A stretch of 64,000 nt of DNA from Bacillota bacterium. Its GTDB lineage: Bacteria; Bacillota; Clostridia; Christensenellales; UMGS416. The DNA lies in the NCBI GenBank assembly GCA_023422005.1, contig JAEZSC010000004.1, positions 16,310 to 80,309 on the forward strand, given 5' to 3'. Position 1 is the first letter of the stretch; each line of letters begins with the position of its first letter. The notes below the pieces were generated by a model. The model made no database searches. It had not been told where the DNA came from and was given only the letters and a program-made list of their open reading frames with translations. Shown here piece by piece: positions 51,037-60,286 of the stretch. A program made the position numbers and the translations under genes.

Positions 51037-52809
51037 ATGCGCCGCATGATACAATTTGCTCGCCGGCATTATGCCAAGCTGAGCATACGCCTGAAAATCC
51101 TCATCAGCATCATGGCCATCATCATACTGGCGCCGCTGTCCATCAGCATCTACTACTATATGCGGACCACCGCCTATGTGCAGGAGGACCGCACCAAGAA
51201 CTTTCTGGAGCTGATGAAGCAAACCCAGATCAGTTTGGACAACATCATATCCCGCGTGGAGGATACCGGCAAATCCGTCGTGCTCAACGAAACGCTGGAG
51301 AGCATATTGCTGCGTTCGGAATCCGAGAGCTACACGCTGAGCGAGCAACTGGACGACTATGCGTACCTTTCCAGATACATCACGATGTCCAGCTTCAACG
51401 ACAGCATCGGGCGCATACAGCTGTACTTCGTTAACAAATCCATCTATGCCCGGGAAAAGAACCGATTTTACCATGTTTCCGATGCCGAGAAGGAAAAGTG
51501 GTATGAGCGTGCGCTGTTTGTGGGCGGGGCGTCCGTGTGGAGCCATGACGGTGGCGAAATCAGCTGCGTTCGCGCCATCATGCGCTATGACCTTGCCCAA
51601 AGCGACTGTGGGTTTGTGGAAGCCGTTCTGAACCTGAACGTTCTCACCGGCGTGCTCAACAACGTGATCGGCACGACGGAAGGGAACATTTGCCTGATCG
51701 ATGATTTCAACCAGGTCGTATTGACCCAAGGCGCCGATGGCGCCGCCTTTTCCCGGCTGATACTGGATCGCCATCTGGATGATTCCATGAATACGCGCGA
51801 CAAATCCACAACGGGCACCGATGAAGCCGGACAACTGATCATCAGCCGCAAACTCTCCAACGATTGGACGATCTATGCCAGCCTGCCCCATCAGGGTCTG
51901 CGTGCAGAGATCCGTCGCATCTCCTATGAGATCGTGTTCATTTATCTGGGCGCCATCATACTGGCGTTTGTCTTTGTTATGCTCTATACTTCCTCGCTCG
52001 TAAGGCGTATCCGCCGCACCGCCAATTTCATGTCTTCGGTGGACATCAATTCCGACGAATACGTCCACGAAGAGCTGCAGGACGAGCTGACGATCATCGA
52101 GACCAGCTTCAACCAAATGCTGCGCACCGCGCGAGAATCTGTCCGCAAGGAAAAGGAGGCGCTCAAGCGCAGCAAGGAAGCCGACTTTGACATCCTTCAG
52201 GAACAGATCAACCCGCACTTTCTATACAACTGCCTGGATTCCATCAACTGGCTGGCCATCAAGTATCAGGCCACAGAAATATCCGCGATGGTGACGATAC
52301 TCGGCCGCTTTTTCCGTCTGGGGTTGAGCCGTGGCAATCAGATCATACCACTGTATGATGAGCTCGAGCATGTGCGGTTGTATCTGGAGATTATGAAAAA
52401 GCGCTTCGATGGCCAGATCGACACGGTTTTTGACGTTGATGTGGACGCCAAAGCCTTACTGACGCTTAAGTTCATTCTCCAGCCCCTTGTGGAGAACGCC
52501 ATCGCCCACGGAATATCCAATCGTCCCGACCAGACGGGATGCATCCGCATTTCGTGTCATGAAGCACAGGGAGACCTGTTCATCTCCGTAACGGATAATG
52601 GTATCGGCATGACTGGTGATAAAGTGGAGGAATTGACACGATCTTTAGAGAAGGATTCTAAATCAAGAGGTTTTGGTTTGTACAACGTCAATCAGCGCAT
52701 CCGGCTGCATTTTGGCGAAGCTTATGGAGTTGACATCTCCAGCGTATATCTGGAAAGCACAACTGTCACCTTGCGGCTGCCTGTACGTGTTGGGAACGAC
52801 ACGCTATAG
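51037..52809 (+). CDS. Sensor histidine kinase (YesM-like)
   Basis: Two TM segments around a sensor domain. His-kinase box LQEQINPHFLYN. HATPase N/G boxes ENAIAHG and DNGIGM. Confidence 0.85.
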   Translation: MRRMIQFARRHYAKLSIRLKILISIMAIIILAPLSISIYYYMRTTAYVQEDRTKNFLELMKQTQISLDNIISRVEDTGKSVVLNETLESILLRSESESYTLSEQLDDYAYLSRYITMSSFNDSIGRIQLYFVNKSIYAREKNRFYHVSDAEKEKWYERALFVGGASVWSHDGGEISCVRAIMRYDLAQSDCGFVEAVLNLNVLTGVLNNVIGTTEGNICLIDDFNQVVLTQGADGAAFSRLILDRHLDDSMNTRDKSTTGTDEAGQLIISRKLSNDWTIYASLPHQGLRAEIRRISYEIVFIYLGAIILAFVFVMLYTSSLVRRIRRTANFMSSVDINSDEYVHEELQDELTIIETSFNQMLRTARESVRKEKEALKRSKEADFDILQEQINPHFLYNCLDSINWLAIKYQATEISAMVTILGRFFRLGLSRGNQIIPLYDELEHVRLYLEIMKKRFDGQIDTVFDVDVDAKALLTLKFILQPLVENAIAHGISNRPDQTGCIRISCHEAQGDLFISVTDNGIGMTGDKVEELTRSLEKDSKSRGFGLYNVNQRIRLHFGEAYGVDISSVYLESTTVTLRLPVRVGNDTL

Positions 52810-52913
52810 CTGAGCATGCAAAACGATGCCACCATGCTCGTGTTGTTGATCCTTTTTTTGGTCGCAACCTGAGTACACCCAGGCCTTTCGGGTGGCTCTC
52901 TTGTTTATACTAT

Positions 52914-53084
52914 TATATGACGTTATGCATGCTACACCAGTCAGTGGTGATTCGGCAGCGCCAGCTGGCTACCACGCGGTTGTGCCCAGATATGATTTCA
53001 TATCCGTTTCCGTAAGGATTAGGCCAGATGATGATAGGTACGATAACGCCGCTTTTCTCGACAGAGCGAACCATCTCAGCCATC
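52914..53084 (-). pseudogene. ParB/Srx-like nuclease domain, N-terminal fragment (56 codons)
   Basis: MAEMVRSVEKSGVIVPIIIWPNPYGNGYEIISGHNRVVA resembles the ParB N-terminal box and then runs into unrelated sequence and a stop. Not in the ORF track (<60 aa). Confidence 0.35.
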
Positions 53085-53140
53085 TTATCTTCGTTGTATG
53101 CCTTTCTTCTATAATAATTGGGTTCTCTCCCTTTTTAAGA

Positions 53141-53247
53141 TGGGCCTCAAATGCGTGTTATTAGCAGAAATGGCTGGCTGAAGAGGGGGCGGGAGCTTCA
53201 TGTTAGTATACTGGCTTCCGATATTTTTTGGCTGGATGTTATTAACG
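53141..53247 (+). repeat. Structured junction repeat, copy h (three units)
   Basis: GATGGGCCTCAAATGCGTGTTATTAG, GGCTGGCTGAAGAGGGGGCGGGAGCTTCATGTTAGTA (compare copy a), and ...GGCTGGATGTTATTAAC. Confidence 0.65.
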
Positions 53248-53292
53248 TTGTCGGATATGGACAATGATAATATCTTTAGCCAACGGATCACA

Positions 53293-55053
53293 TCATCTGT
53301 ACTGCATATGATATAACTGAGCATACCGCCCAGACTTCGCCAGCAAAGCATCGTGCTGACCTTCTTCCACCAGCCGGCCATGTTCCATGACGATGATGCG
53401 GCTGGCGGTTTTGATCGTAGACAGGCGGTGGGCAACCACGATGGCGGTGCGCCCCCGCATCAGGCGTTCCAATGCCTGCTGTATCGCCTGTTCCGATTCG
53501 CCGTCCAGCGCGGAGGTTGCCTCATCCAGCAGCAGCAGCGGTGCGTTTTTGATCATGGCGCGGGCGATGGCGATACGCTGGCGCTGCCCGCCGGAAAGTT
53601 GCACGCCTCTTTCGCCCACGGGTGTATCGATGCCGTCGGGCAGGCTGTCGATCAATTCCTTTAAGCCCGCGTCGCATATGGCGCTCCATATGCTCTCCTT
53701 GGTGGCGGACGGATTGCCCCAGGAGATGTTTTCCCGTATCGTACCGTCCAACAGGTAGCAATTCTGGGGCACATACGCGATAAGCCCCCGTACGGTCTGC
53801 TGAGAATACCGTTCTCGCGGGTGGCCGTACAGTCGCATGAAGCCGCAATCGGCTGCTGCGAACTCCATGATATACTTGATCAGCGTGGTCTTACCGCCGC
53901 CGCTGCCGCCGACAATCGCCAGCTTCTCGCCGTTCTTCACGGTGAGGGATACCGCGTTGAGCACCGGCGCATCGTTGTCATAGGATACTGTGACATCTCG
54001 TAGATCAACTGCTACATCGCAGCCTAAGTCCGGTTTCTCCGCGTCGTCGCGTAGGTGTTCATCTGGTTGGTCCAAAATTTCCTTCACCCGCGCGGCGGCC
54101 ACGGTGGCGTATTGCAGCCGATGATACGAATTTGTCATCAGCAGCACATCGTTGTTGATCTGCGATTGCATCAGCACGATGAATACTACCGTACCCAGAT
54201 CGGTGACGCCCATATGCACGAAAACGCCCCCCGCGACCAGCGAGCATATGATCGATCCCCACTGTATGGCGGAACTCAGCGTCGAGCGCAGTGCGTTGTA
54301 CTTCGCGCCGTGGATTGCGTGAGCGTAGGCCTTGTCAGAATCGGCGCCATACAGGGCTTGCCTTTGGCCCACAAGATTGAACATGCGCGCCACAACGCTG
54401 CCTGACAGGATATCGACCATATGCTGTGTCAAGGCGGACATCACGCCCATGCGCTTTGCGTGGGCCGTGTATTCCCGGCGAATGCAGGCGAGGTTGGCAT
54501 AGATGCTAATGAGAAGGAACATGAGGTTGGGTATGCCTATGGCGGGCAACGCGGCAATGCTGATGGAGATGGAGATAAGTATGCTGATGGGGATTGCGAA
54601 CAGGCTCCGGTTACCGGTCATCATGGAGCTGAAGAACGCGGCGGTACGCTCCGCGTCCATGCTCATCCGCGTGGATAAATCACCGGACAATTGCCCCTCC
54701 GCGTCCGCAGTGGGCAGGGCACAAAGCTTGGCAAACAGCGCTTTGCGAAGCTGCGCCAATCCAAGGGTATTGATGTTTCCCGTTTGATAATCGGTGATTG
54801 TGATGGTTATGATGCCCGCGGCGGCGATCGCAGCGACAAGGCCGGCAGTGCCGAACATGGCAGTGAAATTGCCTGTGGCGGCGTGGGCCGTCGTCTGACC
54901 GATCAGATAAGCGGAGGTGATGGACATCCACGCGTTTTGCATCACACTGAACACAGAGCAAAGCAAAAAGCGCATCCGCCAAGGGCGTATGAACCGCCAG
55001 GACCAAGCCATCATGTGGAAGGTGTGCCGGATGCTGTCAAACACCGCTTTCAT
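53293..55053 (-). CDS. ABC exporter, fused permease/ATPase (heterodimer partner 2)
   Basis: ATG 55053 with AGGAGG RBS. 6-TM domain. Walker A GGSGGGKTT, signature LSGGQRQR, Walker B LLLDEATSALD. Confidence 0.85.
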   Translation of the reverse strand: MKAVFDSIRHTFHMMAWSWRFIRPWRMRFLLCSVFSVMQNAWMSITSAYLIGQTTAHAATGNFTAMFGTAGLVAAIAAAGIITITITDYQTGNINTLGLAQLRKALFAKLCALPTADAEGQLSGDLSTRMSMDAERTAAFFSSMMTGNRSLFAIPISILISISISIAALPAIGIPNLMFLLISIYANLACIRREYTAHAKRMGVMSALTQHMVDILSGSVVARMFNLVGQRQALYGADSDKAYAHAIHGAKYNALRSTLSSAIQWGSIICSLVAGGVFVHMGVTDLGTVVFIVLMQSQINNDVLLMTNSYHRLQYATVAAARVKEILDQPDEHLRDDAEKPDLGCDVAVDLRDVTVSYDNDAPVLNAVSLTVKNGEKLAIVGGSGGGKTTLIKYIMEFAAADCGFMRLYGHPRERYSQQTVRGLIAYVPQNCYLLDGTIRENISWGNPSATKESIWSAICDAGLKELIDSLPDGIDTPVGERGVQLSGGQRQRIAIARAMIKNAPLLLLDEATSALDGESEQAIQQALERLMRGRTAIVVAHRLSTIKTASRIIVMEHGRLVEEGQHDALLAKSGRYAQLYHMQYR

Positions 55054-56794
55054 TGCCAATGTCCTCCTGAGATTGATACAGGCGATAATATACGCCGCGC
55101 AGCGCAAATAACTGTTCATGGGTGCCGCTTTGGGCGATTCGGCCGTCCTCCACGCAAAGAATATGGTCGATGTTGCGCAGGGCCGACAGCCTGTGGGCGA
55201 TGATCACCGTGGTGCGCCCGGCCATCAGCCGCTGCAACGCTTCGGATACCAGCGCTTCACTTTGGGTATCCAGCGCGGAGGTTGGCTCATCGAGCAGCAA
55301 AAGCGGCGCGTCCTTGAGCATAGCGCGGGCGATGGCCACCCGCTGCCGCTGCCCGCCGGACAAGCGAATCCCGCGCTCGCCGATCTCCCTGCGCACGTCG
55401 ATGTCTGTCAGCAGTGCGGCGTCGATCGCCTGTTGTATTTGAGCGTCGGTCGGACCCGGCCTGCCCATAGCCACATTGTCCCAAATGCTGCCGGGGAACA
55501 GGTATGGCTCCTGCCCGACATAGGAGATCTGAGCGCGCAACGCGTCCACCGACCAATCCTCTATGGCGTGGCCGAACATCGTGATGCAGCCTGTATTTTT
55601 GTGGTACAGCGCCATCATCAGCTTGAGCACCGTGGACTTGCCGCAGCCGCTGGCGCCCACCAGTGCCACGCGCTCGCCCTGTTTGATTTCGAAGGATAGT
55701 CCATTGAGAACAGGCGGCTTATCGGGATAGGAAAACACAACGTCGGAGAACCGTATTGAGCCCGATTGGGGCAGTGTTTCCGCGCCGCCCTTGTGTTCCG
55801 GCGCCATGTCCCACAGCTCAAACACCCGGGAGGCGCAGCCCCGTGCGGTCTTGATGCTAGACAACACCGTGGAGAAATCCGACAGTGGATTGCGTATGAA
55901 GGCGCTCAGCATCAACACCGCAATGATACTGCCAGGCGTGATCTGCTTCACGCTGGCCAGGTACACACCGAATCCGCAGATGATGATTTGGGGCAGGAAG
56001 AACAATACTTGGCCCAGCGGCGATGTTAGTAGTGTCGCGTGGTTGGCGTTAATGGCGTTTTCCGCGGCGCTGTCCACCGCCGTGTCATAGCGCCGGCGCA
56101 GCGTATCACCCATATTGAACGCCTTGGCCACCTCGTAGCCGCCCATCAAATTGTTCGCGATGGACAGCGACTCGCCCACCGCCTGCTGCCGCCGGCGGAC
56201 AAAGCTGGTCAAGGGGGCCGTGATCCTGATCTGCAAAAACGCCAATACCGGCACGATGGCCAGCGAAAATAATGTTAACTGCCAATTTATGGCCATCGAC
56301 ACAGCCAGCGCCACGACACCGATGATTTGTTGCGGCAGAAGCACGGAGAAATAATTCTGCAACGACCAATTGATTTGATTCAAATCGCTATTGGCACGTG
56401 ATATGATATCGCCCGTGCGCTGGGCGTCCAGCACTTGCATATCGACGGTGGATACGATGGCAAACGTTTGATTGCGCAGATTGCGATCGCACTGTTCGCT
56501 GTACTGAATGCCCAGGAATTGTTGCAAATACTGTGACGGAATTAGCGCGGCCAGCGAGATCAGCAGCAACGCCGTTTGCATGTTGACAATGCTGCCCGTG
56601 GTGCCGAAGGTGTCAATCAGCGATTGCAAGCATTGTGACATGACGCCCAGCACTGCCGACGACAGCAGCGAGAACAGTATGGTCAGCAAAAGCGTGGGCG
56701 TATACCGCCGGTTGGTGGCTAAATAACGGCGGACGACCTGCGCCGCCTTTGGGCTGGCAGTGTCTTGCGTATCTGGCCGGATGCATATGCCCAT
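55037..56794 (-). CDS. ABC exporter, fused permease/ATPase (heterodimer partner 1)
   Basis: ATG 56794 with GGAGG RBS. Walker A GASGCGKST, LSGGQRQR, LLLDEPTSALD. Confidence 0.85.
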   Translation of the reverse strand: MGICIRPDTQDTASPKAAQVVRRYLATNRRYTPTLLLTILFSLLSSAVLGVMSQCLQSLIDTFGTTGSIVNMQTALLLISLAALIPSQYLQQFLGIQYSEQCDRNLRNQTFAIVSTVDMQVLDAQRTGDIISRANSDLNQINWSLQNYFSVLLPQQIIGVVALAVSMAINWQLTLFSLAIVPVLAFLQIRITAPLTSFVRRRQQAVGESLSIANNLMGGYEVAKAFNMGDTLRRRYDTAVDSAAENAINANHATLLTSPLGQVLFFLPQIIICGFGVYLASVKQITPGSIIAVLMLSAFIRNPLSDFSTVLSSIKTARGCASRVFELWDMAPEHKGGAETLPQSGSIRFSDVVFSYPDKPPVLNGLSFEIKQGERVALVGASGCGKSTVLKLMMALYHKNTGCITMFGHAIEDWSVDALRAQISYVGQEPYLFPGSIWDNVAMGRPGPTDAQIQQAIDAALLTDIDVRREIGERGIRLSGGQRQRVAIARAMLKDAPLLLLDEPTSALDTQSEALVSEALQRLMAGRTTVIIAHRLSALRNIDHILCVEDGRIAQSGTHEQLFALRGVYYRLYQSQEDIGNESGV

Positions 56795-56875
56795 TAAGCA
56801 GAACCTCCTATGAATGAACCGTTCACTCGTTTTCATTCATTTTTTATGGCACGCTTCCGCGTGCCGGTCATTGCT

Positions 56876-57556
56876 TTATCCTATTCTATGATGATCCGAC
56901 AAATAAGCCCTTTCCAATATTTCGACGGCGATTTTTTGTGCCGTCTCTCTGGGCACCGAAACCTCCGGCATGGCGATGTAGGCGTTCATCGCCCACCAGG
57001 TCAGGATATCCATGATGCTTTGTACATGGACCCGCAGGTGCTCCAACTGACGGATCTCGCCGGATTCCATATAAAGATTCAGGACCTTCGCCAAATCATC
57101 AAAAAAAGCTGCCCTCGCGGGGAAATAGACATTGGCCAATTCGCGCAGGATATCGGCGTTGTGCTCGATATTGTTGGTGCCCAAAAGTACATCGGCATGA
57201 AAGTCAAAGAATTCAGAAATCATTTGCGAGAAAGGTTTTATGATGACCCCATTGGCGTCGGTAACTCGAATGATGCGGCTCACCCTGTCGCTAACGCCAG
57301 ACCAGAGAGCCAACAGCAGTTTCATATCGGTTTCTTCGATGGGCAATGCGATATCACTGTCGAGATACTCTTTATCCAGCGACGCGCGTATGACAAAGGT
57401 TAAGATAGCCTTCTTGCTGGTGAACAGATTATAGATTGTGCCCGTGGCGATGCCGGCGGCAGCGGCGATTTCGTTTACCTTGGTATTGGCATACCGTTTA
57501 GTATTGAACAGTCTGCCTGCATGAAAGTAAATGCTATGTAACCTTGAACCAGCCAT
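56876..57556 (-). CDS. TetR-family transcriptional regulator
   Basis: ATG 57556 with GAGGTG RBS. HTH YANTKVNEIAAAAGIATGTIYNLFTSK. Confidence 0.8.
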   Translation of the reverse strand: MAGSRLHSIYFHAGRLFNTKRYANTKVNEIAAAAGIATGTIYNLFTSKKAILTFVIRASLDKEYLDSDIALPIEETDMKLLLALWSGVSDRVSRIIRVTDANGVIIKPFSQMISEFFDFHADVLLGTNNIEHNADILRELANVYFPARAAFFDDLAKVLNLYMESGEIRQLEHLRVHVQSIMDILTWWAMNAYIAMPEVSVPRETAQKIAVEILERAYLSDHHRIG

Positions 57557-57618
57557 ACACACCTCAATGAACCGTTCATTCATAATATACGTGAAATTAT
57601 CTTGTGTCAAGAATGTAA

Positions 57619-57744
57619 GAAGGGGCCGATGCACCTGGAGAGGGCCATATGTACTCCCCCGTAATCATCCAGGACAACGTGCGGGTGGGCAGCGGTATTA
57701 TCATCGTTCCAGATGTGACCACCGGTTTTGGCAGCATTTCGTAG
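57619..57744 (+). pseudogene. Hexapeptide-repeat (left-handed beta-helix) acetyltransferase, C-terminal fragment
   Basis: PVIIQDNVRVGSGIIIVPDVTTGFGSIS* has the [LIV]-G-x4 periodicity of the C-terminal coils of O-acetyltransferases. There is no upstream coding continuation. Confidence 0.35.
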
Positions 57745-57790
57745 TGAGATTATGAGCATTGTGGTGGACTCTTTCTACAAGTAGTAGGGG

Positions 57791-57934
57791 GAGCCCAACT
57801 TCGTATTACTCTACCCCTCGCGCTTACGAGTAATGGATTGAGGTGTGCACTTGACGTAGAGACGGGGGACCTCAATTGCGTGTTATCAGCGCAGTGGCCA
57901 ACTGGTTTTAGCAGCAGAGGATACGTGTTGTTAG
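57791..57934 (+). repeat. Structured junction repeat, copy i (partly degenerate)
   Basis: GAGCCCAACTTCGTATT (compare copy a). GATTGAGGTGTGC...GGGGGACCTCAAT hairpin. Then TGCGTGTTATCAGCGCAGTGGCCAACTGG and a degenerate ACGTGTTGTTAG. Confidence 0.65.
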
Positions 57935-58031
57935 TTGCATTCTGCATCATTATAGAATAAAATCATGCAATCATTGCAATGACTTCAACGTTTAGTAGGA
58001 GTTCGGCATCCGTAAGAAAGGGCAGCAATCA

Positions 58032-59318
58032 ATGCAGCAGTTCAAAGTATCACGGTATAAGCATAACTATCTGCTACTCGTTCTGGAAGGTTCCCTTTTT
58101 ATGGGTGGGATTGGTTTTATTAATTCGTCCACGGTTGTACCTGTTTTTATTAACATGATTACCCATTCTAAAGAACTTGTAGGCCTTACTCTCGCGCTAG
58201 GATCTTTTTTTACATACTTTGGGCGACTGCTTATCGGCCCATTCGTACCCCACGTTAAAGACCATGCCCGTTTTGCAACGGCAATTATGTTTATCTGTCG
58301 TCCGCTGATAATGCTAGTCCCTCTTTTTATCTTTTTCCGGTATTATTCCGTTTCGGTTTTCGTGCTTGTGGTAACCTATTCCATCTTTTGGCTTGCGGAC
58401 GGCTTTGTCGTACCATCTTGGTCGGAAGTGCTCGCCAATACGGTAGATGGTGAGCGACACGGCAGGCTGCTAGGTCTGCAGATGCTCATCGGCGGGGCGG
58501 CATCCATTGGTGCCGGTCTGCTTGTAAACGTATTTTTTAATGATCCGACACTTGATACCCACATGGCTTTCGGGTTTGTTTTTCTTATAGGTGCGTTGCT
58601 GCTCATAGCTTCGTGCTTCGCTATGGCATTTACCCAGAACGCTGCGCATGATAGCACAAAGGGAAAGGTTCGTTTTAGGGAATATTACCGTGAACTCCCG
58701 GGTTATTTATTCAAGGAAAAAGACAATACGCGCATGCTCATTGTCCAGTTTCTGCTGATGGTGGCGGGGATGAGTATTCCATTTGTGATTCTATTTTCAA
58801 CAGAGATGCTTAAACTTCCAGCGGGAGTGGGCGCACAGCTTATTATTGCACAATCAATCGGTACACCAATGGGCGGATGGCTCTGGGGGCAGGTTTGTGA
58901 TCGTATGGGCTGCAAGACCGGTATCAAGTTCGCTGGAGTAAACATATTGCTGATTTCAACCTTACCATTGTTAGCGATCGTTTTTACTGGTGTAAGCCCA
59001 CTGCTCTTCATACTTCCGGCAATGTTCCTCGCGGGAGTGAATGGTGGAGTATGGACCTGTTCTTACCTCTATACCGTGCAGGTGGTGCGCCCGACGTCCC
59101 GTCCGGCCTGCCTTGTGCTGGTGAGCTTGGTAACATTGCCTGCTACGTTTTCGAGCTATGCTGCGGGATTGATCATCCAAAAGTTTGGCTATGTACCTCT
59201 TTTTGTCGTTTGCGTGCTCATCTCAGCCATCAGCATTGCCTTTTCCTGTACCATCCGGCCAATCGAGACAGTGGTCCGTGAACGGGACGAACGAGATAAA
59301 CAAGCCCAAAGGGCTTAA
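58032..59318 (+). CDS. MFS transporter
   Basis: 428 aa with 12 predicted TM segments. Moderate GC. Confidence 0.8.
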   Translation: MQQFKVSRYKHNYLLLVLEGSLFMGGIGFINSSTVVPVFINMITHSKELVGLTLALGSFFTYFGRLLIGPFVPHVKDHARFATAIMFICRPLIMLVPLFIFFRYYSVSVFVLVVTYSIFWLADGFVVPSWSEVLANTVDGERHGRLLGLQMLIGGAASIGAGLLVNVFFNDPTLDTHMAFGFVFLIGALLLIASCFAMAFTQNAAHDSTKGKVRFREYYRELPGYLFKEKDNTRMLIVQFLLMVAGMSIPFVILFSTEMLKLPAGVGAQLIIAQSIGTPMGGWLWGQVCDRMGCKTGIKFAGVNILLISTLPLLAIVFTGVSPLLFILPAMFLAGVNGGVWTCSYLYTVQVVRPTSRPACLVLVSLVTLPATFSSYAAGLIIQKFGYVPLFVVCVLISAISIAFSCTIRPIETVVRERDERDKQAQRA

Positions 59319-59442
59319 ATTGATTTAGATATGCTGGAAGCAACTATCATAATACTAACCAAGAAAATGATATAATACTGGTGTTAACAAACCCACGAGC
59401 TACCTATATAAAATCAGCAAGTGTAAAGATGCACGTTGAACA

Positions 59443-60072
59443 TCATTCTATGGAAAAATCAAACATTTCGTCGTATAGCACGGAAGTATAATCATTTACG
59501 TTGTTGTCACGTTCGTAGATAACGCACGATTTGCCATCATAATAAAAGCGAATTTCAGCCAGGCTCAAGCGAGGCATGAGCGCTTTGACTTCGTCGCGAT
59601 CAAATGTAGGTTGAATCAGTTCAACCTCATGTGTTTTACCAGTTTCGGGGAGCATCGGGAGGTTGTCTAGATCCCCTGGGAAAAGTGCGGTAGGGAAGTC
59701 GTCTTGATTCTCTACGCAAAGTGCATTAAGGGCATCATTCGGTCGTTTCTTCTCTAGCAGAAAGCTTCTCGCAGCATTCTCTCTACATAATGCTTCGTGT
59801 TCCATTAGCCAATGGTAGGTGCGGATGGCTAGATCAATCACATGATTAACAAACTTCAAGGATTCTGGTGCGTATTCATCATCGGTGCTTGCTATTTGAA
59901 TAAGCTTGTGGTTAAACACCTCATCGATTTGAATCCAGAAGTCTGCTTCCCGTTCAGGTACAGGGACTTTGCCGAACAAATAGGCATAATCCATGGAAAA
60001 TTCCATCTTGCCCAATATAGGACTGAAAAGGTACATGGGATAATGCTCCAAAAAACACACCCTCCACATCAT
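59443..60072 (-). CDS. Hypothetical protein (no recognisable family; start uncertain)
   Basis: 209-aa ORF, soluble and acidic, in a low-GC patch. Alternative starts at MYLFSP or MEFSMDY. Confidence 0.4.
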   Translation of the reverse strand: MMWRVCFLEHYPMYLFSPILGKMEFSMDYAYLFGKVPVPEREADFWIQIDEVFNHKLIQIASTDDEYAPESLKFVNHVIDLAIRTYHWLMEHEALCRENAARSFLLEKKRPNDALNALCVENQDDFPTALFPGDLDNLPMLPETGKTHEVELIQPTFDRDEVKALMPRLSLAEIRFYYDGKSCVIYERDNNVNDYTSVLYDEMFDFSIE

Positions 60073-60286
60073 TGCTTATGTGTATATTATAACGAGTAGT
60101 ATACACATAGTGGTACAACACGTAAGAACAACATTAACCCCGGCGAAGGCCTATAGCCTCTCCATCACGAAATTCTCTTTCATCCAGGAGGATATGCCCC
60201 GCTTGGCATACGGCACGTCTTCGTCAACGGCCAGATGGTGCTTCGAGACGGGAAATTGTTGTAAGGCCACGCCACCGCTGGCAGAG

